Assembly: GCF_009914755.1 (NCBI RefSeq)
Contig: NC_060938.1
DNA length: 64,000 nt
Source of the DNA: the human T2T-CHM13v2.0 reference genome, Homo sapiens
Strand: one strand, 5' to 3'
Shown here: positions 51,330 through 64,000 of the stretch, in pieces
How the letters are laid out: each line of letters starts with the position of its first letter
Position numbering within the stretch: the first letter of the stretch is position 1
Translations under genes and position numbers: made by a program
Notes under the pieces: generated by a model
What the model saw: the letters and a program-made list of their open reading frames with translations, nothing else
Told to the model about the DNA's origin: nothing
Databases searched by the model: none

Positions 51330-54300
51330 GTCCGATAAGTCCACTTCCATATACTACAAAAAGAGCGTTTCAAACCTGCTCTATGAAAGGCAATGTTCAA
51401 CTCTGTGACTTGAATGCAGACATCACAGAGCAGTTTCTGAGAATGCTTCTGTCTAGATTTTATAGGAAGATATTCCCGTTTCCAACGAAATCTTCACAGC
51501 TATCCAAATATCCACTTGCAGATTCTACCAAAAGAGTGTATCAAAACTGCTCTGTCAAAAGGAAGGTTCTTTTCTGTTAGGTGAGTGCATACGTCATAAA
51601 GGAGTTTCTGAGAATGTTTCTGTCTAGTGGTTATGGGAAGATATTTGCTTTTTCACCGTAGGCCTCAGAGCGCTCCAAATATCCACTTGCACATACTACA
51701 AAAAGAGTGCCTCAAAGCTGCTCTCTGAAACGGAATGTTCAACTCTATGAGTTGAATGCAAACATCGCAAAGACGTTTCTGAGAATGCTTCTGTCTAGAT
51801 TTGATATGAAGATATTCCCGTTTCCAACGAAATCTTCAAATCTATCCAAATGTCCACTTGCAGATTCAACAAAAAGTGTTTTTCAGAACTGCTCTATCAA
51901 AAGAAAGATCCACCTCTGTTAGCTGAGTTCACACATCACAAACAAGTTTATGAGAATGCTTCTGTCTAGTTTTTATTTGAAGATATTTCCTTTCTCACCA
52001 TAGAGCTGAAAGCTGTCCTAATGTTCACTTCCAGATACTACAGAAAGAGTGTTTCAAAACTGCTGTACGAAAGGGAATGTTCAACTCTGTGACTTGAATG
52101 CACACATCACAAAGAAGTTTCTGAGGATGCTGCTGTCTACTTTTTATACGTAATCCCGTTTCCAACGAAATCCTCCAAGCTATCCAAATATCCACTTGCA
52201 GATTCCACAGAAAGACTGTTTCAAAACTGCTCTGTCAATAGAAAGGTTCAACTCTGTTAGCTGCGTGCATATATCCCAAAGAAGATTCTGAGATTGCTTC
52301 TGTCTAGTTTTTATGGGAAGATATTTCCCTTTTCACCGTAGGTGTCAAGGCGCTCCAAATGTCCACTTCCAGATACTACAAAAAGAGTGTTTCAAACCTA
52401 CTCTGTGAAAGGGAATATTCAACTCTGTGACTCGAATGCACATATCACAAAGAAGTTTCTGAGAATGCTTCTGTCGAGATTTTATATGAAGATATTCCCG
52501 TTTCCAACGAAATGCTGAAATCTATCCAAATATCCCCTCGCAGATTCTACAAAAAGAGTGTTTCAAAACTGCTCTGTGAAAAGAAAGGTTCAACTCTGTT
52601 AGTTGAGTACACACATCACAAACAAGTTTCACAGAATGCTTCTTTCTAGCTTGTAGGGGAAGATATTCCCTTTATCACCATGGGCCTCAAACCGTCCGAA
52701 AAGTCCACTTCCATATACTACAAAAAGAGCGTTTCAAACCTGCTCTATGAAAGGCAATGTTCAACTCTGTGACTTGAATGCAGACATCACAGAGCAGTTT
52801 CTGAGAATGCTTCTGTCTAGATTTTATAGGAAGATATTCCCGTTTCCAACGAAATCTTCACAGCTATCCAAATATCCACTTGCAGATTCTACAAAAAGAG
52901 TGTATCAAAACTGCTCTGTCAAAAGGAAGGTTCTTTTCTGTTAGGTGAGTGCATACGTCATAAAGGAGTTTCTGAGAATGTTTCTGTCTAGTGGTTATGG
53001 GAAGATATTTGCTTTTTCACCGTAGGCCTCAGAGCGCTCCAAATATCCACTTGCACATACTACAAAAAGAGTGCCTCAAAGCTGCTCTCTGAAACGGAAT
53101 GTGCAACTCTATGAGTTGAATGCAAACATCGCAAAGACGTTTCTGAGAATGCTTCTGTCTAGATTTGATATGAAGATATTCCCGTTTCCAACGAAATCTT
53201 CAAATCTATCCAAATGTCCACTTGCAGATTCAACAAAAAGTGTTTTTCAGAACTGCTCTATCAAAAGAAAGATCCACCTCTGTTAGCTGAGTTCACACAT
53301 CACAAACAAGTTTATGAGAATGCTTCTGTCTAGTTTTTATTTGAAGATATTTCCTTTCTCACCATAGAGCTGAAAGCTGTCCTAATGTTCACTTCCAGAT
53401 ACTACAGAAAGAGTGTTTCAAAACTGCTGTACGAAAGGGAATGTTCAACTCTGTGACTTGAATGCACACATCACAAAGAAGTTTCTGAGGATGCTGCTGT
53501 CTACTTTTTATACGTAATCCCGTTTCCAACGAAATCCTCCAAGCTATCCAAATATCCACTTGCAGATTCCACAGAAAGACTGTTTCAAAACTGCTCTGTC
53601 AATAGAAAGGTTCAACTCTGTTAGCTGCGTGCATATATCCCAAAGAAGATTCTGAGATTGCTTCTGTCTAGTTTTTATGGGAAGATATTTCCCTTTTCAC
53701 CGTAGGTGTCAAGGCGCTCCAAATGTCCACTTCCAGATACTACAAAAAGAGTGTTTCTAACCTACTCTGTGAAAGGGAATATTCAACTCTGTGACTTGAA
53801 TGCACATATCACAAAGATGTTTCTGAGAATGCTTCTGTCGAGATTTTATATGAAGATATTCTCGTTTACAACGAAATCCTGAAATCTATCCAAATATCCC
53901 CTCGCAGATTCTACAAAAAGAGTGTTTCAAAACTGCTCTGTAAAAAGAAAGGTTCAACTCTGTTAGTTGAGTACACACATCACAAACAAGTTTCACAGAA
54001 TGCTTCTTTCTAGCTTGTAGGGGAAGATATTCCCTTTATCACCATGGGCCTCCAACCGTCCGAAACATCCACTTCCATATACTACAAAAAGAGCGTTTCA
54101 AACCTGCTCTATGAAAGGCAATGTTCAACTCTGTGACTTGAATGCAGACATCACAGAGCAGTTTCTGAGAATGCTTCTGTCTAGATTTTATAGGAAGATA
54201 TTCCCGTTTCCAACGAAATCTTCACAGCTATCCAAATATCCACTTGCAGATTCTACAAAAAGAGTGTATCAAAACTGCTCTGTCAAAAGGAAGGTTCTTC

Positions 54301-57300
54301 TCTGTTAGGTGAGTGCATACGTCATAAAGGAGTTTCTGAGAATGTTTCTGTCTAGTGGTTATGGGAAGATATTTGCTTTTTCCCCGTAGGCCTCAGGGCG
54401 CTCCAAATGTCCACTTGCACATGCTACAAAAAGAGTGCTTCAAAGCTGCTCTCTGAAAGGGAATGTTCAACTCTATGAGTTGAATGCAAACATCACAAAG
54501 ACGTTTCTGAGAATGCTTCTGTCTAGATTTGATATGAAGATATTCCCGTTTCCAACGAAATCTTCAAATCTATCCAAATGTCCACTTGCAGATTCAACAA
54601 AAAGTGTTTTTCAGAACTGCTCTATCAAAAGGAAGATCCACCTCTGTTAGCTGAGTTCAGACATCACAAACAAGTTTATGAGAATGCTTCTGTCTAGTTT
54701 TTATTTGAAGATATTTCCTTTCTCACCATAGACCTGAAAGCTGTCCTAATGTTCACTTCCAGTTACTACAGAAAGAGTGTTTCAAAACTGCTGTACGAAA
54801 GGGAATGTTCAACTCTGTGACTTGAATGCACACATCACAAAGAAGTTTCTGAGGATGCTGCTGTCTACTTTTTATACTTAATCCCGTTTCCAACGAAATC
54901 CTTCAAGCTATCCAAATATCCACTTGCAGATTCCACAGAAAGACTGTTTCAAAACTGCTCTGTCAATAGAAAGGTTCAACTCTGTTAGCTGCGTGCATAT
55001 ATCCCAAAGAAGATTCTGAGATTGCTTCTGTCTAGTTTTTATGGGAAGATATTTCCCTTTTCACCGTAGGCGTCCAGGCGCTCCAAATGTCCACTTCCAG
55101 ATACTACAAAAAGAGTGTTTCAAACCTACTCTGTGAAAGGGAATATTCAACTCTGTGACTTGAATGCACATAACACAAGGAAGTTTCTGAGAATGCTTCT
55201 GTCGAGATTTTATATGAAGATATTCCCGTTTCCAACGAAATGCTGAAATGTATCCAAATAACCCCTCGCAGATTCTACAAAAAGAGTGTTTCAAAACTGC
55301 TCTGTAAAAAGAAAGGTTCAACTCTGTTAGTTGAGTACACACATCACAAACTAGTTTCACAGAATGCTTCTTTCTAGCTTGTAGGGGAAGATATTCCCTT
55401 TATCACCATGGGCCTCAAACCGTCCGAAAAGTCCACTTCCATATACTACAAAAAGAGCGTTTCAAACCTGCTCTATGAAAGGCAATGTTCAACTCTGTGA
55501 CTTGAATGCAGACGTCACAGAGCAGTTTCTGAGAATGCTTCTGTCTAGATTTTATAGGAAGATATTCCCGTTTCCAACGAAATCTTCACAGCTATCCAAA
55601 TATCCACTTGCAGATTCTACAAAAAGAGTGTATCAAAACTGCTCTGTCAAAAGGAAGGTTCTTTTCTGTTAGGTGAGTGCATACGTCATAAAGGAGTTTC
55701 TGAGAATGTTTCTGTCTAGTGGTTATGGGAAGATATTTGCTTTTTCACCGTAGGCCTCAGAGCGCTCCAAATATCCACTTGCACATACTACAAAAAGAGT
55801 GCCTCAAAGCTGCTCTCTGAAACGGAATGTTCAACTCTATGAGTTGAATGCAAACATCACAAAGACGTTTCTGAGAATGCTTCTGTCTAGATTTGATATG
55901 AAGATATTCCCGTTTCCAACGAAATCTTCAAATCTATCCTAATGTCCACTTGCAGATTCAACAAAAAGTGTTTTTCAGAACTGCTCTATCAAAAGAAAGA
56001 TCCACCTCTGTTAGCTGAGTTCAGACATCACAAACAAGTTTATGAGAATGCTTCTGTCTAGTTTTTATTTGAAGATATTTCCTTTCTCACCATAGACCTG
56101 AAAGCTGTCCTAATGTTCACTTCCAGTTACTACAGAAAGAGTGTTTCAAAACTGCTGTACGAAAGGGAATGTTCAACTCTGTGACTTGAATGCACACATC
56201 ACAAAGAAGTTTCTGAGGATGCTGCTGTCTACTTTTTATACTTAATCCCGTTTCCAACGAAATCCTCCAAGCTATCCAAATATCCACTTGCAGATTCCAC
56301 AGAAAGACTGTTTCAAAACTGCTCTGTCAATAGAAAGGTTCAACTCTGTTAGCTGCGTGCATATATCCCAAAGAAGATTCTGAGATTGCTTCTGTCTAGT
56401 TTTTATGGGAAGATATTTCCCTTTTCACCGTAGGCGTCAAGGCGCTCCAAATGTCCACTTCCAGATACTACAAAAAGAGTGTTTCAAACCTACTCTGTGA
56501 AAGGGAATATTCAACTCTGTGACTTGAATGCACATATCACAAGGAAGTTTCTGAGAATGCTTCTGTCGAGATTTTATATGAAGATATTCCCGTTTCCAAC
56601 GAAATCCTGAAATCTATCCAAATATCCCCTCGCAGATTCTACAAAAAGAGTGTTTCAAAACTGCTCTGTAAAAAGAAAGGTTCAACTCTGTTAGTTGAGT
56701 ACACACATCACCAACAAGTTTCACAGAATGCTTCTTTCTAGCTTGTAGGGGAAGATATTCCCTTTATCACCATGGGCCTCCAACCGTCCGATAAGTCCAC
56801 TTCCATATACTACAAAAAGAGCGTTTCAAACCTGCTCTATGAAAGGCAATGTTCAACTCTGTGACTTGAATGCAGACATCACAGAGCAGTTTCTGAGAAT
56901 GCTTCTGTCTAGATTTTATAGGAAGATATTCCCGTTTCCAACGAAATCTTCACAGCTATCCAAATATCCACTTGCAGATTCTACCAAAAGAGTGTATCAA
57001 AACTGCTCTGTCAAAAGGAAGGTTCTTTTCTGTTAGGTGAGTGCATACGTCATAAAGGAGTTTCTGAGAATGTTTCTGTCTAGTGGTTATGGGAAGATAT
57101 TTGCTTTTTCACCGTAGGCCTCAGAGCGCTCCAAATATCCACTTGCACATACTACAAAAAGAGTGCCTCAAAGCTGCTCTCTGAAACGGAATGTTCAACT
57201 CTATGAGTTGAATGCAAACATCGCAAAGACGTTTCTGAGAATGCTTCTGTCTAGATTTGATATGAAGATATTCCCGTTTCCAACGAAATCTTCAAATCTA

Positions 57301-60300
57301 TCCAAATGTCCACTTGCAGATTCAACAAAAAGTGTTTTTCAGAACTGCTCTATCAAAAGAAAGATCCACCTCTGTTAGCTGAGTTCACACATCACAAACA
57401 AGTTTATGAGAATGCTTCTGTCTAGTTTTTATTTGAAGATATTTCCTTTCTCACCATAGAGCTGAAAGCTGTCCTAATGTTCACTTCCAGATACTACAGA
57501 AAGAGTGTTTCAAAACTGCTGTACGAAAGGGAATGTTCAACTCTGTGACTTGAATGCACACATCACAAAGAAGTTTCTGAGGATGCTGCTGTCTACTTTT
57601 TATACGTAATCCCGTTTCCAACGAAATCCTCCAAGCTATCCAAATATCCACTTGCAGATTCCACAGAAAGACTGTTTCAAAACTGCTCTGTCAATAGAAA
57701 GGTTCAACTCTGTTAGCTGCGTGCATATATCCCAAAGAAGATTCTGAGATTGCTTCTGTCTAGTTTTTATGGGAAGATATTTCCCTTTTCACCGTAGGTG
57801 TCAAGGCGCTCCAAATGTCCACTTCCAGATACTACAAAAAGAGTGTTTCAAACCTACTCTGTGAAAGGGAATATTCAACTCTGTGACTCGAATGCACATA
57901 TCACAAAGAAGTTTCTGAGAATGCTTCTGTCGAGATTTTATATGAAGATATTCCCGTTTCCAACGAAATGCTGAAATCTATCCAAATATCCCCTCGCAGA
58001 TTCTACAAAAAGAGTGTTTCAAAACTGCTCTGTGAAAAGAAAGGTTCAACTCTGTTAGTTGAGTACACACATCACAAACAAGTTTCACAGAATGCTTCTT
58101 TCTAGCTTGTAGGGGAAGATATTCCCTTTATCACCATGGGCCTCAAACCGTCCGAAAAGTCCACTTCCATATACTACAAAAAGAGCGTTTCAAACCTGCT
58201 CTATGAAAGGCAATGTTCAACTCTGTGACTTGAATGCAGACATCACAGAGCAGTTTCTGAGAATGCTTCTGTCTAGATTTTATAGGAAGATATTCCCGTT
58301 TCCAACGAAATCTTCACAGCTATCCAAATATCCACTTGCAGATTCTACAAAAAGAGTGTATCAAAACTGCTCTGTCAAAAGGAAGGTTCTTTTCTGTTAG
58401 GTGAGTGCATACGTCATAAAGGAGTTTCTGAGAATGTTTCTGTCTAGTGGTTATGGGAAGATATATGCTTTTTCACCGTAGGCCTCAGAGCGCTCCAAAT
58501 ATCCACTTGCACATACTACAAAAAGAGTGCCTCAAAGCTGCTCTCTGAAACGGAATGTGCAACTCTATGAGTTGAATGCAAACATCGCAAAGACGTTTCT
58601 GAGAATGCTTCTGTCTAGATTTGATATGAAGATATTCCCGTTTCCAACGAAATCTTCAAATCTATCCAAATGTCCACTTGCAGATTCAACAAAAAGTGTT
58701 TTTCAGAACTGCTCTATCAAAAGAAAGATCCACCTCTGTTAGCTGAGTTCACACATCACAAACAAGTTTATGAGAATGCTTCTGTCTAGTTTTTATTTGA
58801 AGATATTTCCTTTCTCACCATAGAGCTGAAAGCTGTCCTAATGTTCACTTCCAGATACTACAGAAAGAGTGTTTCAAAACTGCTGTACGAAAGGGAATGT
58901 TCAACTCTGTGACTTGAATGCACACATCACAAAGAAGTTTCTGAGGATGCTGCTGTCTACTTTTTATACGTAATCCCGTTTCCAACGAAATCCTCCAAGC
59001 TATCCAAATATCCACTTGCAGATTCCACAGAAAGACTGTTTCAAAACTGCTCTGTCAATAGAAAGGTTCAACTCTGTTAGCTGCGTGCATATATCCCAAA
59101 GAAGATTCTGAGATTGCTTCTGTCTAGTTTTTATGGGAAGATATTTCCCTTTTCACCGTAGGTGTCAAGGCGCTCCAAATGTCCACTTCCAGATACTACA
59201 AAAAGAGTGTTTCTAACCTACTCTGTGAAAGGGAATATTCAACTCTGTGACTTGAATGCACATATCACAAAGAAGTTTCTGAGAATGCTTCTGTCGAGAT
59301 TTTATATGAAGATATTTTCGTTTACAACGAAATCCTGAAATCTATCCAAATATCCCCTCGCAGATTCTACAAAAAGAGTGTTTCAAAACTGCTCTGTAAA
59401 AAGAAAGGTTCAACTCTGTTAGTTGAGTACACACATCACAAACAAGTTTCACAGAATGCTTCTTTCTAGCTTGTAGGGGAAGATATTCCCTTTATCACCA
59501 TGGGCCTCCAACCGTCCGAAACATCCACTTCCATATACTACAAAAAGAGCGTTTCAAACCTGCTCTATGAAAGGCAATGTTCAACTCTGTGACTTGAATG
59601 CAGACATCACAGAGCAGTTTCTGAGAATGCTTCTGTCTAGATTTTATAGGAAGATATTCCCGTTTCCAACGAAATCTTCACAGCTATCCAAATATCCACT
59701 TGCAGATTCTACAAAAAGAGTGTATCAAAACTGCTCTGTCAAAAGGAAGGTTCTTCTCTGTTAGGTGAGTGCATACGTCATAAAGGAGTTTCTGAGAATG
59801 TTTCTGTCTAGTGGTTATGGGAAGATATTTGCTTTTTCCCCGTAGGCCTCAGGGCGCTCCAAATGTCCACTTGCACATGCTACAAAAAGAGTGCTTCGAA
59901 GCTGCTCTCTGAAAGGGAATGTTCAACTCTATGAGTTGAATGCAAACATCACAAAGACGTTTCTGAGAATGCTTCTGTCTAGATTTGATATGAAGATATT
60001 CCCGTTTCCAACGAAATCTTCAAATCTATCCAAATGTCCACTTGCAGATTCAACAAAAAGTGTTTTTCAGAACTGCTCTATCAAAAGGAAGATCCACCTC
60101 TGTTAGCTGAGTTCAGACATCACAAACAAGTTTATGAGAATGCTTCTGTCTAGTTTTTATTTGAAGATATTTCCTTTCTCACCATAGACCTGAAAGCTGT
60201 CCTAATGTTCACTTCCAGTTACTACAGAAAGAGTGTTTCAAAACTGCTGTACGAAAGGGAATGTTCAACTCTGTGACTTGAATGCACACATCACAAAGAA

Positions 60301-62040
60301 GTTTCTGAGGATGCTGCTGTCTACTTTTTATACTTAATCCCGTTTCCAACGAAATCCTTCAAGCTATCCAAATATCCACTTGCAGATTCCACAGAAAGAC
60401 TGTTTCAAAACTGCTCTGTCAATAGAAAGGTTCAACTCTGTTAGCTGCGTGCATATATCCCAAAGAAGATTCTGAGATTGCTTCTGTCTAGTTTTTATGG
60501 GAAGATATTTCCCTTTTCACCGTAGGCGTCCAGGCGCTCCAAATGTCCACTTCCAGATACTACAAAAAGAGTGTTTCAAACCTACTCTGTGAAAGGGAAT
60601 ATTCAACTCTGTGACTTGAATGCACATAACACAAGGAAGTTTCTGAGAATGCTTCTGTCGAGATTTTATATGAAGATATTCCCGTTTCCAACGAAATGCT
60701 GAAATGTATCCAAATAACCCCTCGCAGATTCTACAAAAAGAGTGTTTCAAAACTGCTCTGTAAAAAGAAAGGTTCAACTCTGTTAGTTGAGTACACACAT
60801 CACAAACTAGTTTCACAGAATGCTTCTTTCTAGCTTGTAGGGGAAGATATTCCCTTTATCACCATGGGCCTCAAACCGTCCGAAAAGTCCACTTCCATAT
60901 ACTACAAAAAGAGCGTTTCAAACCTGCTCTATGAAAGGCAATGTTCAACTCTGTGACTTGAATGCAGACGTCACAGAGCAGTTTCTGAGAATGCTTCTGT
61001 CTAGATTTTATAGGAAGATATTCCCGTTTCCAACGAAATCTTCACAGCTATCCAAATATCCACTTGCAGATTCTACAAAAAGAGTGTATCAAAACTGCTC
61101 TGTCAAAAGGAAGGTTCTTTTCTGTTAGGTGAGTGCATACGTCATAAAGGAGTTTCTGAGAATGTTTCTGTCTAGTGGTTATGGGAAGATATTTGCTTTT
61201 TCACCGTAGGCCTCAGAGCGCTCCAAATATCCACTTGCACATACTACAAAAAGAGTGCCTCAAAGCTGCTCTCTGAAACGGAATGTTCAACTCTATGAGT
61301 TGAATGCAAACATCACAAAGACGTTTCTGAGAATGCTTCTGTCTAGATTTGATATGAAGATATTCCCGTTTCCAACGAAATCTTCAAATCTATCCTAATG
61401 TCCACTTGCAGATTCAACAAAAAGTGTTTTTCAGAACTGCTCTATCAAAAGAAAGATCCACCTCTGTTAGCTGAGTTCAGACATCACAAACAAGTTTATG
61501 AGAATGCTTCTGTCTAGTTTTTATTTGAAGATATTTCCTTTCTCACCATAGACCTGAAAGCTGTCCTAATGTTCACTTCCAGTTACTACAGAAAGAGTGT
61601 TTCAAAACTGCTGTACGAAAGGGAATGTTCAACTCTGTGACTTGAATGCACACATCACAAAGAAGTTTCTGAGGATGCTGCTGTCTACTTTTTATACTTA
61701 ATCCCGTTTCCAACGAAATCCTCCAAGCTATCCAAATATCCACTTGCAGATTCCACAGAAAGACTGTTTCAAAACTGCTCTGTCAATAGAAAGGTTCAAC
61801 TCTGTTAGCTGCGTGCATATATCCCAAAGAAGATTCTGAGATTGCTTCTGTCTAGTTTTTATGGGAAGATATTTCCCTTTTCACCGTAGGCGTCAAGGCG
61901 CTCCAAATGTCCACTTCCAGATACTACAAAAAGAGTGTTTCAAACCTACTCTGTGAAAGGGAATATTCAACTCTGTGACTTGAATGCACATATCACAAGG
62001 AAGTTTCTGAGAATGCTTCTGTCGAGATTTTATATGAAGA
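51330..62040. repeat. Near-tandem duplication of a 4-HOR unit (5456 bp)
   Basis: Rare markers are paired at +5456: TTCTACCAAAAG (~51523/56979), AATGTGCAAC (~53098/58554), TTTCTAACC (~53754/59210), dead box 2 (53860/59316) and GACGTCACAG (55511/60967). Ends are approximate. Confidence 0.88.
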
Positions 62041-64000
62041 TATTCTCGTTTACAACGAAATCCTGAAATCTATCCAAATATCCCCTCGCAGATTCTACAA
62101 AAAGAGTGTTTCAAAACTGCTCTGTAAAAAGAAAGGTTCAACTCTGTTAGTTGAGTACACACATCACAAACAAGTTTCACAGAATGCTTCTTTCTAGCTT
62201 GTAGGGGAAGATATTCCCTTTATCACCATGGGCCTCCAACCGTCCGAAACATCCACTTCCATATACTACAAAAAGAGCGTTTCAAACCTGCTCTATGAAA
62301 GGCAATGTTCAACTCTGTGACTTGAATGCAGACATCACAGAGCAGTTTCTGAGAATGCTTCTGTCTAGATTTTATAGGAAGATATTCCCGTTTCCAACGA
62401 AATCTTCACAGCTATCCAAATATCCACTTGCAGATTCTACAAAAAGAGTGTATCAAAACTGCTCTGTCAAAAGGAAGGTTCTTCTCTGTTAGGTGAGTGC
62501 ATACGTCATAAAGGAGTTTCTGAGAATGTTTCTGTCTAGTGGTTATGGGAAGATATTTGCTTTTTCCCCGTAGGCCTCAGGGCGCTCCAAATGTCCACTT
62601 GCACATGCTACAAAAAGAGTGCTTCAAAGCTGCTCTCTGAAAGGGAATGTTCAACTCTATGAGTTGAATGCAAACATCACAAAGACGTTTCTGAGAATGC
62701 TTCTGTCTAGATTTGATATGAAGATATTCCCGTTTCCAACGAAATCTTCAAATCTATCCAAATGTCCACTTGCAGATTCAACAAAAAGTGTTTTTCAGAA
62801 CTGCTCTATCAAAAGAAAGATCCACCTCTGTTAGCTGAGTTCAGACATCACAAACAAGTTTATGAGAATGCTTCTGTCTAGTTTTTATTTGAAGATATTT
62901 CCTTTCTCACCATAGACCTGAAAGCTGTCCTAATGTTCACTTCCAGTTACTACAGAAAGAGTGTTTCAAAACTGCTGTACGAAAGGGAATGTTCAACTCT
63001 GTGACTTGAATGCACACATCACAAAGAAGTTTCTGAGGATGCTGCTGTCTACTTTTTATACGTAATCCCGTTTCCAACGAAATCCTTCAAGCTATCCAAA
63101 TATCCACTTGCAGATTCCACAGAAAGACTGTTTCAAAACTGCTCTGTCAATAGAAAGGTTCAACTCTGTTAGCTGCGTGCATATATCCCAAAGAAGATTC
63201 TGAGATTGCTTCTGTCTAGTTTTTATGGGAAGATATTTCCCTTTTCACCGTAGGCGTCCAGGCGCTCCAAATGTCCACTTCCAGATACTACAAAAAGAGT
63301 GTTTCAAACCTACTCTGTGAAAGGGAATATTCAACTCTGTGACTTGAATGCACATATCACAAGGAAGTTTCTGAGAATGCTTCTGTCGAGATTTTATATG
63401 AAGATATTCCCGTTTCCAACGAAATGCTGAAATGTATCCAAATATCCCCTCGCAGATTCTACAAAAAGAGTGTTTCAAAACTGCTCTGTAAAAAGAAAGG
63501 TTCAACTCTGTTAGTTGAGTACACACATCACAAACTAGTTTCACAGAATGCTTCTTTCTAGCTTGTAGGGGAAGATATTCCCTTTATCACCATGGGCCTC
63601 AAACCGTCCGAAAAGTCCACTTCCATATACTACAAAAAGAGCGTTTCAAACCTGCTCTATGAAAGGCAATGTTCAACTCTGTGACTTGAATGCAGACATC
63701 ACAGAGCAGTTTCTGAGAATGCTTCTGTCTAGATTTTATAGGAAGATATTCCCGTTTCCAACGAAATCTTCACAGCTATCCAAATATCCACTTGCAGATT
63801 CTACAAAAAGAGTGTATCAAAACTGCTCTGTCAAAAGGAAGGTTCTTTTCTGTTAGGTGAGTGCATACGTCATAAAGGAGTTTCTGAGAATGTTTCTGTC
63901 TAGTGGTTATGGGAAGATATTTGCTTTTTCACCGTAGGCCTCAGAGCGCTCCAAATATCCACTTGCACATACTACAAAAAGAGTGCCTCAAAGCTGCTCT

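Larger units (their letters stand above)
1..64000 (-). repeat. Centromeric alpha-satellite higher-order repeat array: 8-mer HOR of 1364 bp, about 47 tandem copies, dimeric SF2-type
   Basis: ~171-bp monomers carry typical alphoid motifs (GTTTCTGAGAATGCTTCTGTCTAG, TCCACTTGCAGATTCTACAAAAAGAGTGTTTCAAAACTGCTCT, GTTCAACTCTGTGA). Near-identical ORFs recur at exactly 1364-bp steps (919, 2283, 3647 ... 36383), then shift by -4 (37743 ... 63659). HOR copies differ by only a handful of SNVs, as expected of a homogeneous active array. Confidence 0.99.

Noticed and set aside
2032-62060. A deliberate code or programmed pattern in the order of HOR haplotypes and dead boxes
   Set aside because: The patterns are adequately explained by nested duplication and conversion. 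Nothing in the sequence supports function or selection.
517-63856. Recurrent 65-, 71-, 80-, 95- and 99-aa ORFs on both strands
   Set aside because: They are chance open frames in alphoid monomers, repeated with the HOR. They appear and vanish with single SNVs, several begin at non-ATG codons, and none shows a recognisable domain or gene context. I used them only as haplotype markers.
1-64000. CRISPR-like regular repeat array
   Set aside because: There are no unique spacers and no cas genes. The whole sequence is tandem ~171-bp satellite.
1-64000. Transposon (L1/Alu) insertion, inversion or monomer-number HOR variant
   Set aside because: The 1364-bp phase is kept end to end apart from one 4-bp deletion, and orientation never changes, leaving no room for such events.

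Overview
The whole 64 kb window is primate (human-type) centromeric alpha-satellite DNA. It is one uninterrupted, single-orientation array of an 8-monomer higher-order repeat (HOR) of 1364 bp, about 46.9 copies or 375 monomers, written as the reverse complement of the conventional alphoid strand. CENP-B-box monomers alternate with pJalpha-type monomers. The pattern best fits the SF2 8-mer shared by chromosomes 14 and 22 (D14Z9/D22Z1), which is an inference from recall and not from a search. I saw no genes, transposon insertions or inversions, and all listed ORFs are repeat artefacts. I found no new gene system. The informative signal is in the single-base variants between HOR copies, which record recent duplications of 2, 3 and 4 HOR units, apparent short conversion tracts, a spreading dead CENP-B-box allele, one 4-bp deletion, and a duplication breakpoint that maps to a 5-bp window inside a CENP-B box. 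Variants were read by eye, so counts are minimum estimates.
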